Of a stretch of DNA of 64,000 nucleotides, positions 9,486-19,177 are shown piece after piece (position 1 is the stretch's first letter; every line of letters begins with the position of its first letter). This DNA is from Acidimicrobiales bacterium (GTDB taxonomy: Bacteria; Actinomycetota; Acidimicrobiia; Acidimicrobiales; DATDAH01): NCBI GenBank assembly GCA_044221555.1, contig JBGAOY010000002.1, forward strand, positions 70,376 to 134,375. The letters are read 5' to 3'. A program made the position numbers and the translations under genes. The notes beneath the pieces are model-generated. The model was not told the DNA's origin. It saw only the letters and a program-made list of their open reading frames with translations, and made no database searches.

Positions 9486-9541
9486 GGTGGCAGAGACGAT
9501 GGTGCATCGGGCGGCGTCCCTCCAATCCGGGTCCGTTCTCG

Positions 9542-9574
9542 GACATGTCTCCCCGCGCTGCGGGGAGACATGTC
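9542..9574. repeat. perfect 15-bp inverted repeat with 3-nt spacer (GACATGTCTCCCCGC gct GCGGGGAGACATGTC)
   Basis: Read directly from the sequence. It lies 57-89 nt upstream of the acyltransferase start (9485) and about 280 nt beyond the HNH gene stop (9852). Confidence 0.9.
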
Positions 9575-9851
9575 GCTGTCGGCGCCGGCCACCTCCGCTC
9601 CCGCTGGCGATGAGGTGACCCGACGGACAGCGTCAATGCCCACGAGGTGGGTACCACGCTCTGTCGCGCAAAGGCGCACCACGACTCGTCGGCGTCAGCT
9701 TCGAGCACCGCTGGTAGCGATCGTGGTCGATACGCGCCGCAAGGGCTTGTCAGCCCGCGGCGCCGGGTGGGTGCCATCGGGTTGGGCCTTGGCCGCACGC
9801 GCCGAACCCAGTCGGCCGCGATGGTCCTCGACGGCGGGCGCTGGGTGGTCG

Positions 9852-11225
9852 TCAGCCCGCGATGCCGGCGGGTGGTGCGTTGGCGTGTCGTGGTTCGCCC
9901 GTCCGCTGGGGGTCGGGTGGGAGGACGTCGGGTGGGAGGAAGCGGCGTTTGCCGTGGCCGGGTTCGAGGCGCCAGCCGTGGTGGGTCTTGAGCGCATGGT
10001 GCTGCTCACAGAGCCGATCGAGGTCGTCGTAGACCGTGTCTTTGGTCTTGGCCCAGCCGGTGCGGTGGTCGGTCTGGAGGAACATGGTGCGGGCGCAGCC
10101 CAGCACGTCGCAGTCGGGTTGGGTGAACTCCAGGGCGGTTTGTTGGTGGGCGGTGGCCTGGCGGCCCAGGTGCGCCACTGAGCGGACATCGACGCCGTCG
10201 GTGACGATCGCGGCCAGGAACGCGTCGCCCATCATCTCCTTGACCGTGGAGACGGGGATGGTGCCGAGGCCGACGATGTCGCAGGTCTCCCCGGCGACGG
10301 TGTGGCCGCGGGTCAGCGCCTGGTGGTCGATGCGCACGATCACCTTGATGTCGCGCGAGGGCCGGGCCCGGTTCGGTCGCGGCGGCCACCGCCGCGACGG
10401 CTCGGCCCCACGACCGGTCCCACCCTCGTCGCCGTCGCCGTCGCCCTCTCCGGATTCGGTGGCATCGGCGCCGCTCTCGTCGGGCCCGGTGGCCTCGGCG
10501 TCGACCGCCTCGGCGGGCCCGCAGATCAGTTCCGTCATGGCGTCGGCCGCGTACGCCTCATAGCTGTCGCGCTCACCGCGGTCGCGGGCCTCGCGGAACA
10601 ACCGGTCCTGGATGGGGCGCACCGCGGCCAGGATCGCGGCCCCGACATCGCCGGTGTTGCGGTACGCCAACCAGAACGCCCCCTCGGCGTCAACCCCGTG
10701 ACGCAACCGCCGCGACCGACGGATCCGCTCATGGCGGGACGTCGTGTCGCCGGCTGACGCCCTGGCCTTCTGCGCCTTCTCCTTGAGCCCCGCCATCGGC
10801 TCCCTCCGAGCCGCGGCCAACAGGTCCTCTTCGGCGTCGGGGTTCACCGACGCCCCATCGGCCACCTCCCGCAACTGCTGCTCGGAGAGCTCACCCCGCT
10901 CGGCCGCCGCCCTGGTCGCGTCCAGACCGTCGAGAGCGTTCGCGGCGTCGAGCGACCGCTGAGCGTCGCGCTTCGAGCACCCCGTCCGCCGGGCCACATA
11001 GGAGGCTGCGTCCTTGTCGCCACACCCCCGGTACGCCCCGGTCTCGGCCACCCGCGCCGCCGCCTTCAACTTCCCGATCGCCGCCATCCGCTCGATCCGC
11101 GCGTAGAACTCCATCACCTCCGCCGCGGTGCCGCCGTCCACTCCGGCCATGTCCGAGTCGTTCTTGACCAGCCCCGTCACCGAGTTGGCGATCTTGCCCA
11201 ACCACTGCGGCAGCTCCGGTGACAT
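9852..11225 (-). CDS. DUF222 / HNH-endonuclease-domain protein (13E12-repeat-type)
   Basis: The C-terminus 'CDVLGCARTMFLQTDHRTGWAKTKDTVYDDLDRLCEQHHALKTHHGW' is HNH-like. The N-terminal helical region is typical of actinobacterial DUF222. The internal ATG at 11225 ('MSPELPQW') is preferred. Confidence 0.8.
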   Translation of the reverse strand: MSPELPQWLGKIANSVTGLVKNDSDMAGVDGGTAAEVMEFYARIERMAAIGKLKAAARVAETGAYRGCGDKDAASYVARRTGCSKRDAQRSLDAANALDGLDATRAAAERGELSEQQLREVADGASVNPDAEEDLLAAARREPMAGLKEKAQKARASAGDTTSRHERIRRSRRLRHGVDAEGAFWLAYRNTGDVGAAILAAVRPIQDRLFREARDRGERDSYEAYAADAMTELICGPAEAVDAEATGPDESGADATESGEGDGDGDEGGTGRGAEPSRRWPPRPNRARPSRDIKVIVRIDHQALTRGHTVAGETCDIVGLGTIPVSTVKEMMGDAFLAAIVTDGVDVRSVAHLGRQATAHQQTALEFTQPDCDVLGCARTMFLQTDHRTGWAKTKDTVYDDLDRLCEQHHALKTHHGWRLEPGHGKRRFLPPDVLPPDPQRTGEPRHANAPPAGIAG

Positions 11226-11586
11226 GCCCCCATCATCCCCAGGGGGTGTGACAGGAATGGCCGGGCCGGAGGGACTTCGGAATCGGAGTGTCGCTGGTTG
11301 TACCGACCAGGTTCGGGCGCGTGGGTCCACCCCTCGTAGCCACCGACCGAGCGGGTAGCCTCACACAGGTTGGCGGCCACAGGCAGGACACGCACTGCGC
11401 TCGGCACTACAGCTTCCACCCCAATGCTCTTGGCCAACAAGAGCTCGCCCGCATCATGATCAGCCAGCTTCCCTGACGCAGCCGGACGGACCATGACCCC
11501 GTGATCAAAGGAATGCGAGGTGAAGGAGAGCCCGTTCTCCACATCGTCCGTCGCAGTCCCGGTCACGATCCTCCGGCGGGCGTAGG

Positions 11587-13114
11587 TCAGGTCACCGCGA
11601 AGACGTGGTGGGCCCAGGGCGGCACGTCGAGATAGAGGCCGGGGTCGGACAAGGTGTCGCCGTGGCGCTCGTAGCGGTTCGGGCCGACCCGGTCGTCGAG
11701 CGTGACGAGACGGCCGGCCAGCGCAGGATCGGCGAGCGGCAGGTAGCACTGCGACCAGTGGTCGGCCAGGTTGACGGCGATCACGTAGCGCAGCACGGGC
11801 GCGCCCGCGTCCGCGCCCGCGTCCCCGTGCGCGTCGGTCTCGCGGCCCGCACCACCCGCGCCCGCCCCGCCGGCCACCGGCGGCTCCGGCGGGGCGTCGC
11901 TCCAGGTGAAGGCGACCAGGGCGTGGTGGCTGTCGTTGCCGTCCCACGCGGGCCGGGCGTCGACCAGCCGCCACCGGCCGTCGTGCACCACGGGGTCGCC
12001 CAGGACCTCGAGCAGGTCGGTGTAGAAGGTGGCCAGGAGGTCGTCGTCCTCCTCGACGGGGGCGCGGCACAGGTGCATCGGCACGTGACGCCGCCAGCCC
12101 TCGAACTGGCCGTGCTGGAAGAAGCGCAGGCCCGGCGTCAGGTAGGTGGTCAGCGCCGCGGCCCGGTGGCGGTCGCCGGTGCCGAACACCGTGGCGGCGC
12201 GGGGCTCGTCGTGGTTCTCCACGAACCGGGCCGAGCGGTCCTGGTACGCGGCGTCGGCGCGCAGGTGCGGTGGCGTCGAATCCCTGCTGCTGCAGGTCGG
12301 CCTCACGCCCCCAGTACACCTCGGCCAGGAACGTGAACCCGGGGTGCCAGGCCCTCACCGCGGCCAACGCGTCTGGCCAGAACGGGTCGATGGCCCGGCC
12401 CCACGTGCGCTCGAACACGTCCGGCAGCAACAACATCGCCATGTCGCACCGCAGCCCGTCGCACCGTCCGGCGGCGGCCAGCAGTTGCTCACGCATCGCC
12501 GCCGGCACCGCCGGCGCGGAGTAGTCCAACTGGAGGGTGTCGGTCCAGCCCGGGAAGTACGGGTCGCGCCCGTGGGCCAGCACCCGCGCGCGATCGCCGG
12601 CGGGCAGGCGGACCCAGTTGCCGGGAGCCGCATCGAGGTCGGCATCGGTGCCCTGCACGTAGCGGTCGGGGTGCTCGGTCACCCAGGGGTGGTCGATGGC
12701 GGTGTGGTTGGGGATGAAGTCGAGCATGAGCGACACGCCGCGCCGCGCCAGGCGGTCGCGCAGCCGGGCGAGGGCGTCGTCGCCGCCCAGACCCGAGTGC
12801 ACCCGGTAGCCCGTGACCGCGAAGCACGACCCGCAGATGTCGTCCTCGCGCAGATCGTCGAGCGCGGCCGCCGCGGCGCGCCGCACCTCGGGGAGCTGTC
12901 GCGACACCGCGGTGCCGGCCGGCCCGGTCTGCCACACGCCGAGCAGGTAGAGCCAGTCGAGCCCGCGCGGCAGCAACTGGTCGAGCCGGTCCTCGTCGAG
13001 GTCATCGAGCGTCCGGCCGGCGCCCAGGCCGTGGACGAGGGTGCGAGCGTTCACCTGGAGGAGCAGGGGGTGCCGGCGCGGCCGCGGCGGTGCCGTCCCC
13101 ACGGCGTCACCCAT
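11587..13114 (-). pseudogene. GH13 alpha-amylase-family gene disrupted by a frameshift/deletion near 12270-12285
   Basis: One frame (13114 to about 12275) carries GH13 regions I-III: 'LMLDFIPNHTA', 'GLRCDMAML', 'FLAEVYW'. Region IV 'FVENHDEPR' and the C-terminal domain continue in a different frame (the 11587..12306 ORF). The first frame then reads through into Arg/Pro-rich sequence. Confidence 0.7.
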
Positions 13115-15869
13115 CGCCGAGGACGGACTCGGTGTCGTCGGCGACGGACTCGTCGTCGTCGAAGCCCATCAGCTCCAGCGGTCGGGCCGAGAGGGGCGGG
13201 TCGAGGAGCAGGTCGAGGAGCAGCGCGGTCCAGCCGGTCTGGTGCGAGGCGCCCAGCCCGGCACCGTCGTCCCCGTTGAAGTATTCGAAGAACAGGAGGT
13301 TGTCCCACGCGGGGTCGCGCTGGAGGCGCTCGGTGCCACCGAACACCGGCCGGCGCCCGTCCGGGCCCCGCAGGAAGATCGACGTGAGCCGGTCGGCCAG
13401 GTCCTGGGCGATCTCGCGGAGCGTGTGCAGGTTGCCCGAGCCGGTGGGGTACTCGACGGTGAAGTCGTCGCCGAGGAAGTCGTGGAACCGCACCAGCGAC
13501 CGGATCACCAGGTAGTTCATCGGGAACCAGATAGGTCCCCGCCAGTTCGAGTTCCCGCCGTACATCGGGGTGGTCGACTCGGCCGGCTCGTAGTCCACCG
13601 AGTAGCTCAGGCCGTCGATGCGCACGACGTAGGGCTGGTCCTCGTAGCGCTTGGAGAGCGATCGGAGGCCGTACGGCGACAGGAAGGCGGACTCGTCGAA
13701 CAGCACCGCCAGGGTGCGCCGCAGCTGGTCGGGTGACGCCACGCTGACCAGCACGCTGGTGTCGTCCCCGTCGGTGCGCAGCCGGCCCAGCGCCTCGAGC
13801 TCGGAAGGGTCGCGCTGCTCCCGATCGAAGATCCGTTGGAGGCGCCGGGCGAGTTCCGGATGGTGCTCGGCGATACGGGCACTCATGGTGGAGGCCGAGA
13901 ACAGCGGGACGCTGCCGCCGATCGTCTCGACCGCCACTCGCTCCTCGCCGTCTGGGGTGATCATGCGGTCGTAGAAGAACCCGCGCTCCGAGTCGTAGAT
14001 GCCTGATCGGTTGATGGCGCGCGTGATCATGACGAACCGCTCGAAGAACATCACCACCAAGTCGTCATAGACCGCTTCCCGCTCGGCCAGTCGCACCGCC
14101 ATGGCCAGCAGGTTCAAGGTGTTGAACGCCATCCACGCCGAGCCGTCGGCCTGCTTCAGCGACGCGCCCGGGGGGAGGTGCGAGCGGTCGATGGGGCTGA
14201 TGTTGTCGAGGCCGAGGAACCCGCCACCGAACAGGTTGTCACCGTCGTGGTCGAGCCGATTCACCCACCACATGAAGTTCAGCGCCAGCTTGTGCATGGC
14301 CCGCTCGATGAAGTCGACGTCGCGGTCGCCGTCGATGTGGAACACCCGCAGCGCAGCGAAGGCGTGGACCGGCGGGTTGACGTCGTCGAAGCTCCACTCG
14401 TAGGCAGGCAGGGCCCCGTTGGGGTTCAAGAACCACTCGCGCAGGAGCACCAGCACCTGGTATTTGGCGAATGCCGGGTCGAGGTGGGCCCAGGCGATGG
14501 CGTGGAACGCCAGGTCCCACGCTGCGAACCACGGGTACTCCCAGGTGTCCGGCATCGCGAGGACGTCGTCGGCGTCGAGGTGGCGCCAGCCGGCGTTGCG
14601 CCCGCCGGCCCGTTCCGGCGGCGGTGGGGGCTGGCCGGGGTCGCCGTCGAGCCACCGGGCCACGCGGTAGGGGTAGTACTGCTTGCTCCACACGAGCCCG
14701 GCGCTGAGTCGGCGCGCGATGGTCGCGACCTCGGTCGGCGTGTCGGCGGGGAGCAGCGATGCGTGGTACTCGTCGGCCTCGCGGGACCGCCGCGCCATCA
14801 CGTGGTCGAAGTCGTGGCCGGCCCACCCCGCGGGCGAGGCGAGTGTGGCGTCGTCGGCGGCGCGGAGTCGTAGGCGCACCTCGGTGCGCCCGCCGCCGGG
14901 GACCGCGAGGCGGTACCACCACGCCGCCTTGGTGCCCGAGTGCGCGGGGTTGACCGTGGGAGCGCCGGTGACCACGTGGTCGTTGATGCCGTCCTTCGGA
15001 TACGGCGTGGTGGCGGGCGTGGCGAAGACGCGGGCCGCATTCGTCTCGTTCTCGCAGAACAGGGCGACGGGCCGCGTGTGGTCGGGGGCCGCGTCGGCCA
15101 GGAGCAGGTAGCGACCGAGGGTGTCGTGCTCGGCCACGATGGACTCCCCGTCGAGGTGGAGCCGGGGACGGGCGGCGGGCTCGGCCGACCACGACCACGT
15201 GTTGCGGAACCACAGTGTGGGCAACACGTGCAGCTCGGCCTCGTCGGGGCCCTGGTTCTCGGCCGTGATCGCCATGAGCACGTCGGTCGGCGAGGCCTTG
15301 GCGTAGCAGACCTCCACCGACCAGTACCGGTCGAGGTCGAACACCCCTGTGTCGAGCAGCTCGTACTCGGGGTCGTGCAGGCCCCGGCGGGCGCTCTCGT
15401 CCACGAGGGCCCCGTACGGGAACGGGGCCTGCGGGTAGTGGTAGCGCCAGCGCAGCCACGAGTGGCTCGGCAGGCCGTCGAGGTACCACCAGTACTCCTT
15501 GACGTCCTCGCCGTGGTTCCCCTCGGGACCGGTCAGGCCGAAGGCCCGCTCCTTCAGGATCGGGTCGCGTCCGTTCCACAGGGCCAGCGACAGGCACAGG
15601 CGCTGGCGGACGTCGGACAACCCGGCCAGGCCGTCCTCGTTCCACCGGTAGGCACGCGAGCGGGCGTGGTCGTGGGGGAACGACGACCACGCGTCGCCGC
15701 TCGCGCTGTAGTCCTCCCGGACCGTCCCCCACGAACGCTCGGCGAGGTAGGGACCCCACTCGTACCACTCGCTGGCCGAGAACAGGTCGGAGTCGGGGGC
15801 GTGGACGGAGGCGAGCCGCTCGTGCTCGGCGGTGGCGGGCGCCGTCTCCCCGCCGCCAGTGCTGGTCAT
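13107..15869 (-). CDS. large cytosolic GH63-like (MGH1-type) glucosidase
   Basis: This is a 920-aa ORF with no signal peptide. The N-terminus 'WYEWGPYLAERSWGTVREDYS...AYRWNEDGLAG...LALWNGRDPILKERAFGL' and an (alpha/alpha)6-type C-terminal half match my memory of this family. Its stop overlaps the GH13 start by 8 nt. Confidence 0.75.
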   Translation of the reverse strand: MTSTGGGETAPATAEHERLASVHAPDSDLFSASEWYEWGPYLAERSWGTVREDYSASGDAWSSFPHDHARSRAYRWNEDGLAGLSDVRQRLCLSLALWNGRDPILKERAFGLTGPEGNHGEDVKEYWWYLDGLPSHSWLRWRYHYPQAPFPYGALVDESARRGLHDPEYELLDTGVFDLDRYWSVEVCYAKASPTDVLMAITAENQGPDEAELHVLPTLWFRNTWSWSAEPAARPRLHLDGESIVAEHDTLGRYLLLADAAPDHTRPVALFCENETNAARVFATPATTPYPKDGINDHVVTGAPTVNPAHSGTKAAWWYRLAVPGGGRTEVRLRLRAADDATLASPAGWAGHDFDHVMARRSREADEYHASLLPADTPTEVATIARRLSAGLVWSKQYYPYRVARWLDGDPGQPPPPPERAGGRNAGWRHLDADDVLAMPDTWEYPWFAAWDLAFHAIAWAHLDPAFAKYQVLVLLREWFLNPNGALPAYEWSFDDVNPPVHAFAALRVFHIDGDRDVDFIERAMHKLALNFMWWVNRLDHDGDNLFGGGFLGLDNISPIDRSHLPPGASLKQADGSAWMAFNTLNLLAMAVRLAEREAVYDDLVVMFFERFVMITRAINRSGIYDSERGFFYDRMITPDGEERVAVETIGGSVPLFSASTMSARIAEHHPELARRLQRIFDREQRDPSELEALGRLRTDGDDTSVLVSVASPDQLRRTLAVLFDESAFLSPYGLRSLSKRYEDQPYVVRIDGLSYSVDYEPAESTTPMYGGNSNWRGPIWFPMNYLVIRSLVRFHDFLGDDFTVEYPTGSGNLHTLREIAQDLADRLTSIFLRGPDGRRPVFGGTERLQRDPAWDNLLFFEYFNGDDGAGLGASHQTGWTALLLDLLLDPPLSARPLELMGFDDDESVADDTESVLGDG

Positions 15870-15920
15870 GGCGGCAAGGTAGCCATCACGGGTCGCCTCG
15901 TGCGGGCGACCAGCGATGGC

Positions 15921-16340
15921 CTACTTGCTCGTGCGGCTGATCCCTGCGGCCTTGAGGGTGGACGCCGGGACGCCGGCCTCGCGCCATGCGGTGTAGCTGA
16001 TGCCCTTTCGCTCGCTGTAGCCCTTGGCCGCGGCGACGAACTCGGCCTCGATCCCGGCGAGGTCGACGGTCTCCTCCTCCTGGTCGAGCTCGGCCTGCAG
16101 GTCGAGCCGCTCCTGCGACAGCTGCAGCCGCTTCACCGCGTCGGCCGACTCGAGTTGCGCCTCCACCGCGGCGAGGCGCTTGGCCACCGACTCGCGGGTG
16201 CGCTTGCGCCCGCGCTTGGGCCGGCTGGACTCGAGCGCCTCGAGGTAATGGCGAACGGCGCGACCCTGCGCCCGCCCCTCTGCTAGGGCGGCCTTGTGCG
16301 CGTCGGACATGGATCGGTTGGTTGCCTTGGTGCTTGCCAT
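15921..16340 (-). CDS. conserved hypothetical, lysine/arginine-rich coiled-coil protein with HTH-like C-terminus
   Basis: The ORF is clean and starts at the ATG at 16340 ('MASTKATN'). 'KGISYTAWREAGVPASTLKAAGI' at the C-terminus suggests nucleic-acid binding. I do not recognise the family. Confidence 0.6.
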   Translation of the reverse strand: MASTKATNRSMSDAHKAALAEGRAQGRAVRHYLEALESSRPKRGRKRTRESVAKRLAAVEAQLESADAVKRLQLSQERLDLQAELDQEEETVDLAGIEAEFVAAAKGYSERKGISYTAWREAGVPASTLKAAGISRTSK

Positions 16341-16506
16341 GACGCCAACTGTACACACCTGTCTAGCGGTGTAGTGGCACGTTCATGGGCACCTTCCCGG
16401 ACCTGCAAGACTCATCGGGATGCACGACCGGGCGGGTCGGGCCTGTGCAAGGCGGTACCGGCGACGAGCGCTCGCAGGGGAGCAACGAAATGGTGGCTGG
16501 TCACAC

Positions 16507-17205
16507 GTGAGCACCAAGGGAAAGGACAGTCGACGGCGCCTGCTCGAGGCCGGCATGGAGCTGTTGGCCGAGTCGAGCCGTGGCGACCTCAGCCGCGTGC
16601 TCAGGACCGGTGCGGTCGCCGAAAAGGCGGGACTGCACCGCCAGACCTTCTACCTGCACTGGCGGAGCCAGGCCGCGTTCGTCGACGACTTCATCGAGTA
16701 CGTCACCGATCCGGCCGTGAGCTCGTCGTCGGAGCGCCTGGCGAAGCTCGCCGAGGAGAAGCCGACACCGGGTGACGACCCGTCGGCCGAGGTGCGCGAA
16801 CGCGTGAGCGACACCTTTCAGCAGTGGGTCGACGACCCCGTCCACGTGGCCCGCATGGTGCTGTGGGCGCTGCACGCCAAGGACGAGCGGGTGGCCACGC
16901 GGCTCCGCGCCCTGTACCGGACGAACGACATCCACACGGCCGAGGCCTACAAGGAGATCGGCGACCTGTGGGGCATCGAGCCCCGGCCCCCGTTCACCTA
17001 CGAGAGCATCGCCCTGCTGTTCAACGCGCTCCGGGACGGCCTGCTGCTGCACCTCACCGTCGACTCGTCGGGGATGGTGCCGTCCTATGTCGAGGACGTT
17101 CAGCTGGCGCTGAGCTGGGCGGTGACCCGCCGCATCGACGATCCCGACGACGCCCTGACCATGGACGAGAAGTTCCGGCGCGACGTGCGAGGGGACCGGG
17201 GCTGA
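16507..17205 (+). CDS. TetR-family transcriptional regulator
   Basis: The start is the GTG at 16507. 'RRRLLEAGMELLAE...TGAVAEKAGLHRQTFYLHW' is a TetR N-terminal HTH. Confidence 0.8.
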   Translation: MSTKGKDSRRRLLEAGMELLAESSRGDLSRVLRTGAVAEKAGLHRQTFYLHWRSQAAFVDDFIEYVTDPAVSSSSERLAKLAEEKPTPGDDPSAEVRERVSDTFQQWVDDPVHVARMVLWALHAKDERVATRLRALYRTNDIHTAEAYKEIGDLWGIEPRPPFTYESIALLFNALRDGLLLHLTVDSSGMVPSYVEDVQLALSWAVTRRIDDPDDALTMDEKFRRDVRGDRG

Positions 17206-17232
17206 GGATTCGTCGAGCGCGTGGCGGGGTGT

Positions 17233-19020
17233 CTAGCGGAGCGTGCAGAGCAGCGACGGAGCGAGCGCCTCGAACGTGGCATCCGTGAGCTCGAGGCCTG
17301 ACACGGGTTCGACCTCGGCGGTGCCCGACGTGACCGTCGCGGTGACCGCGTCGACGGTCCCGACGTCGATCGCGGACCGGGCCTTCACCCGCCGCGTGAT
17401 GGTTGCTCCGGGTGCGACGCCGTCCCGCACCTCGATCTCCATCTGCAGCATCGCTTCGCGTCCTGGCGCGATCGGGGCGGTGCGGTAGGTGCCCGCCTTT
17501 ACTGCGCTGGTGATGTTCCGACCGGACGAGTCGAAGAAGGTCAGACCGAACCCCGGAAGCGCGCGCTGGGAACTGATGGTGAGGCGCTCCGTGCGGTTGC
17601 CGTCGTTGAGGAAGCGGAGCGTGAATCCAGCCGTCGTGCCTGCCGGCGTCGTGACCCCGCGGTTCTGATCGGCGCCAGCGCGCGAGAACACGTCCCAGCC
17701 CGTCCACACGCCGGTGTCCCCCACCCGGAGCTGGGCGTCTGGTCGGGCCCGGACGCCCGGGCATCCGTTGGTACGGAACGTCCACGAGTAGGGGACCACC
17801 GGCTCGCCCGCACCGTCGATCAGCGCGTCGGTCACCTCGACGCGGTATTCGGTGCAGGCGTCGAGATTGCCGTCCGGCTGGATGTCGATGGTGTGCTCTC
17901 CTGCCTCCGGGTTGTAGGGCACGATCCGCGGGTATCCGTCGCGCAGGACCACCGGCTCGCCCGTCGCCGCCTCGGTGAGCGTCATGGCTCCGTCGGGCAG
18001 TTCGGAGATGACGGTGCCGGGGCTGTTCACGTCGGGTCGGTACGGAAGGCTGCCGCTCAGTACCGCGACGATCCGGTTGCGCGCACCGCCACGGTCGGCA
18101 GACGAGCCCGGCTGGAACGACGAGCGGTCCCAGCCCCTGCGGGGGATGTCGTTCTGGCCGTCGGCGGGGTAGGTGATCGACACGCTGGTAGCGGGCTGTT
18201 CCCCGAGCAGCCGGCCCCAGAGGCTCTCGTAGGCGGCGGCGATGGCCACTGCTGCGAACCGGATGCCACCGGGTGCGGTGATCATGTGGGCCGACGTCCA
18301 CGGCATGTTCTCGGTCATGTGGTCGTGGAAGCTCCGGGTGAGGGCGCGCTCGCCGTCGCGGACGAAGCGGATGTTGTCCTCGCCGTTGATGAGGTCCTCA
18401 GCCACGATGTCGTCGCGGCCGATGTCGTGGAACACGCCCAGCAGTTCGGACTGCGCTGGCCAGGCCGGGAAGTGCGGCAGGGTGGGACGGTCGTGGTCGG
18501 CGATGGCGATCATGTCCATCTGGAGCTCGATGCCCCCGGTCCCGAAGTACTGGGCCAGCGCCGGCGGGATGTAGCTCTCGCCGTGGTCGGGTGCGTTGGG
18601 CTCGAAGAGCCAGTCCCACACCTCGTCGCCCATCCCGTGGGCCATGGCTCCCATCAGGTGGGCGATCCGCGCCGCACACGGCCCGTCGACGGCGGTGAGG
18701 TCGCCGCAGGACGGGTCGTCACGGATCTGGTCCGCGTAGGCGTACGAGAACCGGGGCCAGTGCGCCTCCTCGCCGTAGGTGTGCTCGTAGCCGCGCCGTG
18801 GGTTGGCGTAGCCGCTGTCCGGGAAGTGGGCACCGTTTGCGATCTGGGTGATGTTGGCCTCCAGCAGGGCCTGCAACTGAGGGTCGTCGACGAGGTCGAC
18901 CGCCTCGACGGCCATCCATGCATGGGTGGTCACCCCGGCGGCGTCGGCCCGGCTCCCCAGCGAGAAGAGCGTCGAGAGCGCGACCACGACCGTGAACCCG
19001 GCCACCACCTTGCGTGCCAC
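17233..19020 (-). CDS. secreted multidomain protein: zinc-dependent phospholipase-C-like domain + Ig-like (SbsA-type) + beta-sandwich domains
   Basis: The start is the GTG at 19020, with GGAGGGG upstream. The signal peptide reads 'VVALSTLFSLGSRADAAG'. His/Asp motifs are 'THAWMAVEAV', 'GAHFPDSGY', 'EEAHWPRF' and 'AMAHGMGDEVWD'. The enzymatic assignment is tentative. Confidence 0.65.
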   Translation of the reverse strand: MARKVVAGFTVVVALSTLFSLGSRADAAGVTTHAWMAVEAVDLVDDPQLQALLEANITQIANGAHFPDSGYANPRRGYEHTYGEEAHWPRFSYAYADQIRDDPSCGDLTAVDGPCAARIAHLMGAMAHGMGDEVWDWLFEPNAPDHGESYIPPALAQYFGTGGIELQMDMIAIADHDRPTLPHFPAWPAQSELLGVFHDIGRDDIVAEDLINGEDNIRFVRDGERALTRSFHDHMTENMPWTSAHMITAPGGIRFAAVAIAAAYESLWGRLLGEQPATSVSITYPADGQNDIPRRGWDRSSFQPGSSADRGGARNRIVAVLSGSLPYRPDVNSPGTVISELPDGAMTLTEAATGEPVVLRDGYPRIVPYNPEAGEHTIDIQPDGNLDACTEYRVEVTDALIDGAGEPVVPYSWTFRTNGCPGVRARPDAQLRVGDTGVWTGWDVFSRAGADQNRGVTTPAGTTAGFTLRFLNDGNRTERLTISSQRALPGFGLTFFDSSGRNITSAVKAGTYRTAPIAPGREAMLQMEIEVRDGVAPGATITRRVKARSAIDVGTVDAVTATVTSGTAEVEPVSGLELTDATFEALAPSLLCTLR

Positions 19021-19177
19021 CTGCGACCCCTCCGTGCGCCGTCCGGCCACCTCGGACCGCGAGGGTACTGAACCGGCGGGCACCGAACCCGCACCCACAC
19101 CGCGTCGCGCGCCGCGGGCGGGACGACGCCCAGGGGTCGTAGGCTGACGGTCGCACATCGCCTCCCGAGGAGCAGTC

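Noticed and set aside
6672-9798. Long ORFs at 6672..9170(+) and 7555..9798(-) overlapping the acyltransferase and zinc-ribbon genes
   Set aside because: They are off-frame or antisense shadows with extreme Arg/Gly/Pro content. The 7404..9485 frame has Acyl_transf_3 and SGNH motifs.
9852-11330. Calling the DUF222-HNH gene a defined mobile element
   Set aside because: I found no terminal inverted repeats, target-site duplication, transposase or integrase. Only circumstantial evidence exists (the lower-GC flank and the nearby gene remnants), so I reported it as a finding rather than a mobile_element feature.
11177-13114. The 645-aa ORF taken as one intact alpha-amylase gene
   Set aside because: Only the first ~280 residues look like GH13. 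After 'QQQGFDAT' the product becomes Arg/Pro-rich, while the genuine continuation ('FVENHDEPR...') is in another frame. I called it a pseudogene instead.
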